From an uncultured Bacilli bacterium (GTDB lineage Bacteria > Bacillota_I > Bacilli_A > RFN20 > CAG-449), in contig CANRPC010000007.1 of the NCBI GenBank assembly GCA_947632435.1, forward strand, positions 15,327 through 79,326: DNA of 64,000 bases, read 5' to 3'. Shown piece after piece: positions 61,121 through 64,000 of this stretch. Positions within the stretch are counted from its first letter, which is position 1. Each line of letters begins with the position of its first letter. Under the pieces are notes generated by a model. It ran no database searches, was not told the origin of the DNA, and worked only from the letters and a program-made list of their open reading frames with translations. The translations under genes and the position numbers were made by a program.

Positions 61121-61789
61121 TTATAAGGTAAAAGAATAACTTTGATCAATTAAATTTAAAATTTCTTCATCACTTATTGTGTCATTTAAAATTATACTAA
61201 TCCAATTTTTTTTATTCATATGATAAGCTAAATAATAGCCATCTTTTTTTAATAATTCCTCTATTGTTTTAAAAGGTAATTTGATATTTATTATTTCAAT
61301 TTCTCCTTTTGAATTTTTAGCGATTTTACTTTTATCAATGTTCATTATTAACCCATACCATTTATTAGTATTTTTATTTTTAAATGCAGCATAGTTTACA
61401 TATTTATCCCAAGGAAAATTTGGTTCATCATTATATTTTTCTTTTATCTTTTTAACAATTCTATTTGTTTGTTCAAAAATGAATAATTGAGTTATAAAAC
61501 ATTTATTTTTTATATCATTTAATAATTTTATAAATTCATTTTTAACTTTTAAAGCATATTCTCCATTAAAATTTTCAATTCGATAATTTATATATTCTTC
61601 ATTTAATGCTAAATCATAAATGTTTCCTTTTACGTTACTTTTATTATCAATATAAATATCAATTCTTAAAGTGTTATGTAAAATATTTTTAGAATATTTA
61701 AATGTTTCATTTTCTTTTTTAAATCCATATTTAATTAATTTAGTTAAATCAACTTTTGCTTTTTTAAATATTTCTTCTTCAATTGACAT
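61121..61789 (-). CDS. MmcQ/YjbR-family (DUF419) DNA-binding-like domain with an N-terminal extension of about 110 aa.
   Basis: The C-terminal half matches E. coli YjbR by eye (..W..YG...MN..K...NKKNWISIILNDTISDEEILNLIDQSY versus LNKAHWSTVYLDGSLPDSQIYYLVDASYQ). The start lies 10 nt after the upstream DUF262 gene stop. Confidence 0.5.
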   Translation of the reverse strand: MSIEEEIFKKAKVDLTKLIKYGFKKENETFKYSKNILHNTLRIDIYIDNKSNVKGNIYDLALNEEYINYRIENFNGEYALKVKNEFIKLLNDIKNKCFITQLFIFEQTNRIVKKIKEKYNDEPNFPWDKYVNYAAFKNKNTNKWYGLIMNIDKSKIAKNSKGEIEIINIKLPFKTIEELLKKDGYYLAYHMNKKNWISIILNDTISDEEILNLIDQSYSFTL

Positions 61790-61798
61790 ATTAACAAT

Positions 61799-63613
61799 TT
61801 ATTCTTCTAATCCACCATTTTTATCCCAATTATAAATTAAAATCTTTTTATAAAGTTCAGCTCGTTCGATTATAGAACTTTTTTTAAATTCACTATAGGC
61901 TTTAAATGGCAATTTACTTTTTTGAACAAAGCGAAGGAAATCTGGATTATTTACATATTTTTTTTCATTTAATGTTTGAGCTAAAATATTCTGTTCAAAG
62001 TATTGTTCAACTTTAATTGAATATGGTTTATCATTATATGAAGCATTAAACGATTTTGGCAAAACAAGTAAACATCCAATATTATTTCTCATCGATGCAA
62101 AAGCATAAGAATCATCAAATTCATCTAAATGTTCTTCAAAATGATTGCTCCATATATGCTCTACTTCAATATTTGGTTTATTTAATATATAGTCAGGGGC
62201 AGAAGAATTTTTAGCAACAATTTCCGTAATTAATGATAATAATACTTTTAATTTTGGTTTATTTTGTTGATTTAAGGTTGGTGAATTATTTAAAGAAGGC
62301 AATTCAATTGGATCATGATATAAAACTTCTTTTAATGCTTTAATATCTAAATCTCGAATTTTTTTGCAAAGGGTATAAATAGGTGTTTCTAAAGAACTTT
62401 GTGAAATCATATAATGATTCCAAACTCTCCATGTTAAAACTTTAGTTATATATTTTGATACAATTTTTATTTTTTCATCGACAATTATTTCACTATCATT
62501 GTATTTAATCGCAGATAAAATGAGTGAAGGTTGCAATGTAAAATTATAATCATTATTAACAATTAGATATAAATAATCTTTTGCATTTCTTTTTAAAATA
62601 ATATCGTTAATTTTTTTGTACTGTTTAGAAAAATAAGCAATTTTGTTAATAAATTCAAAATAATCAGAAGATGATTTAAGATTTAATAAAGTTTTATCAT
62701 TATCTCTAAACCAACGATGAAATTCTTTACCAATACGTACAAAATCGGATGTAGCATTTTTTGAAGTTGAAAAATCTTCAGCATAATGTCCCCTAAAATA
62801 TATTTTGAAAAATTCAAATTCAGCCTTTGATTTAGAACTCAATTTTATATTAACAAGACAATTTATAACTTCATCAAAAAGTGTCATTGCTTTAGTTCTA
62901 TTATTTTCATCAATATTTGCAAGCAAATATGAACGTAGCATTTCAACTTGTGTTAATGATAAACCACGATCATTCATTGTTTCAAATATTACATAAGCAA
63001 ATTCATCGCTATTTGTCCATACTTTAGAAAATACAACTTTTTCTTTTATCCAATATACAAAATTAACAATATTTTTTTCTGTTATTTTTTGATTCCAACA
63101 ATCAGCTATATCATTATATCTATCGACAATATTCTGTACATATTGCTGATCTTTATCAGTTGGAGTATAACTTCCAAATTTATATAAAGAAAGCATGCAG
63201 TCTTTTCTTTCTTCAATATCAAGATTAAATCTCAAAGTACCAAAATCATCACTATATATTGCCTTTTCGATATCGGCACGTGGAAATGAAGGTAAATTAC
63301 CATATGTTTTAAGCATGTAAATAAGCAATAATGTAAATGTTGTAATTCTTTGTTGACCATCAATAATGGCGCTACGTTCTCCTTCTTTAACTGATAAAAC
63401 AATTTCTCCCATAAAATATGGATCATAATTTCTTACTTTTTCAATTGTGTCACCATCATTCCAATTCTTAAGAAATTCTATTGAGAGATCATTTATTAAA
63501 TCTTCTAATTGTTTTCTTTGCCAAACATATTCTCTTTGATAAAAATCGACATTAAATTTATCTAAAAATAATTCTTTTAACGGATATGCTTTACTATCAA
63601 CAATTTTTGCCAT
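61799..63613 (-). CDS. DUF262/DUF1524 (GmrSD-family) nuclease, a candidate type IV modification-dependent restriction enzyme.
   Basis: N-terminal FYQREYVW...IIDGQQRITT (DGQQR motif of the DUF262 ParB-like NTPase) and C-terminal ...EVEHIWSNHFEEH... (His-Me/HNH-like DUF1524); 604 aa. Confidence 0.75.
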   Translation of the reverse strand: MAKIVDSKAYPLKELFLDKFNVDFYQREYVWQRKQLEDLINDLSIEFLKNWNDGDTIEKVRNYDPYFMGEIVLSVKEGERSAIIDGQQRITTFTLLLIYMLKTYGNLPSFPRADIEKAIYSDDFGTLRFNLDIEERKDCMLSLYKFGSYTPTDKDQQYVQNIVDRYNDIADCWNQKITEKNIVNFVYWIKEKVVFSKVWTNSDEFAYVIFETMNDRGLSLTQVEMLRSYLLANIDENNRTKAMTLFDEVINCLVNIKLSSKSKAEFEFFKIYFRGHYAEDFSTSKNATSDFVRIGKEFHRWFRDNDKTLLNLKSSSDYFEFINKIAYFSKQYKKINDIILKRNAKDYLYLIVNNDYNFTLQPSLILSAIKYNDSEIIVDEKIKIVSKYITKVLTWRVWNHYMISQSSLETPIYTLCKKIRDLDIKALKEVLYHDPIELPSLNNSPTLNQQNKPKLKVLLSLITEIVAKNSSAPDYILNKPNIEVEHIWSNHFEEHLDEFDDSYAFASMRNNIGCLLVLPKSFNASYNDKPYSIKVEQYFEQNILAQTLNEKKYVNNPDFLRFVQKSKLPFKAYSEFKKSSIIERAELYKKILIYNWDKNGGLEE

Positions 63614-63813
63614 GATAACTTCCTCTTTTTATTCATTATATCAATTTATTTATAACTTTCCAAAAATTTCTTCTAATAAATATATTTTAAAATTATGTAG
63701 GTTTTAAAATAAAAAAGGGAGCAGTTACTCAAATTAATAATTCTATATAGATTATTGTAACTTGAAAAGTACTAGTCTAATCGAATATAGAAAAATAAAT
63801 AGCGGTTAATAAC

Positions 63814-64000
63814 TAGTAAGAACTTAATATTAAAGATGAAGAAATTTCATTAATTGAAAAAACAATTGAAGTTGATTCTATTTGATCAAATATAAATAAA
63901 TCATAGAAAGTAATATAATTTAAATATTTATCATCATCATAATCAGTTTTAATTCTTTCAATATTTAATGCATTTTTATTGTAATCTATGTGTAAATAAT
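63814..64000 (-). CDS. C-terminal fragment (61 codons) of an ORF that starts beyond the window end.
   Basis: Open minus-strand frame from the window edge to TAG at 63816-63814. There is no homology basis. Confidence 0.2.

Noticed and set aside
1-64000. Mycoplasma-type genetic code (TGA read as Trp).
   Set aside because: Long conserved ORFs (leuS 794 aa, tex 709 aa, recN 550 aa, sigA) are uninterrupted under the standard code and terminate with TGA in places, for example the lipoprotein at 28330-28332. The standard code is therefore used.
1-64000. CRISPR arrays, rRNA/tRNA genes, IS elements or prophage.
   Set aside because: No regularly spaced direct repeats, no cloverleaf-compatible GC-richer stretches, and no transposase or integrase ORFs were seen. 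The single tyrosine recombinase is the core xerD sitting next to deoB.

Overview
This is a very AT-rich chromosomal segment that reads in the standard genetic code: long housekeeping ORFs such as leuS, tex, rpoD and recN are intact, so TGA is a stop and not a Mollicute-style Trp codon. Gene order closely follows Bacillus-type Firmicutes synteny. Conserved runs include yqfC/yqfD-like, then ybeY-cdd-era-recO-glyRS-dnaG-sigA-trmK-nif3, with ispH on the opposite strand. Others are ppa, yqeG-yqeH-yhbY-nadD/yqeK-rsfS-mtnN, and on the minus strand nusB-xseA-xseB-recN-spoIVB-like-dinB-xerD-deoB. A glycogen block is present, with a 5'-partial pulA followed later by glgC-glgD-glgA, and a dnaD/dnaB-like-dnaI pair. 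Four accessory-looking insertions sit in this core.
(1) An island between pulA and glgCDA (about 2.0-10.3 kb) carries a tightly coupled three-gene operon of 483, 201 and 1129 aa. The largest protein is an SMC/MukB-like ATPase with an N-terminal Walker A and a C-terminal signature plus Walker B, which matches the JetA/JetB/JetC (MksF/E/B) architecture. No JetD/MksG-like Toprim gene follows; a small polytopic membrane protein sits in that slot. A degenerate mini-SSB and other hypothetical membrane proteins flank the operon.
(2) At about 14.0-25.0 kb a long LacI-HTH regulator precedes an EEP-family surface nuclease/phosphatase lipoprotein. This is followed by an Fbp/Pot-type ABC importer whose operon also encodes an 838-aa triple-module lipoprotein and ends with a 2H (LigT-like) phosphoesterase.
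(3) A C39 double-glycine peptidase fused to six transmembrane helices, with no ABC ATPase domain, follows the yqfCD-like genes.
(4) At the 3' end, a DUF262/DUF1524 (GmrSD-family) nuclease is translationally coupled to an extended MmcQ/YjbR-like protein, with a Cys-containing hypothetical protein nearby.
No rRNA genes, tRNA genes, CRISPR arrays, transposases or integrase-bounded elements were recognised. All functional calls come from by-eye motif recognition and synteny; no database searches were run.
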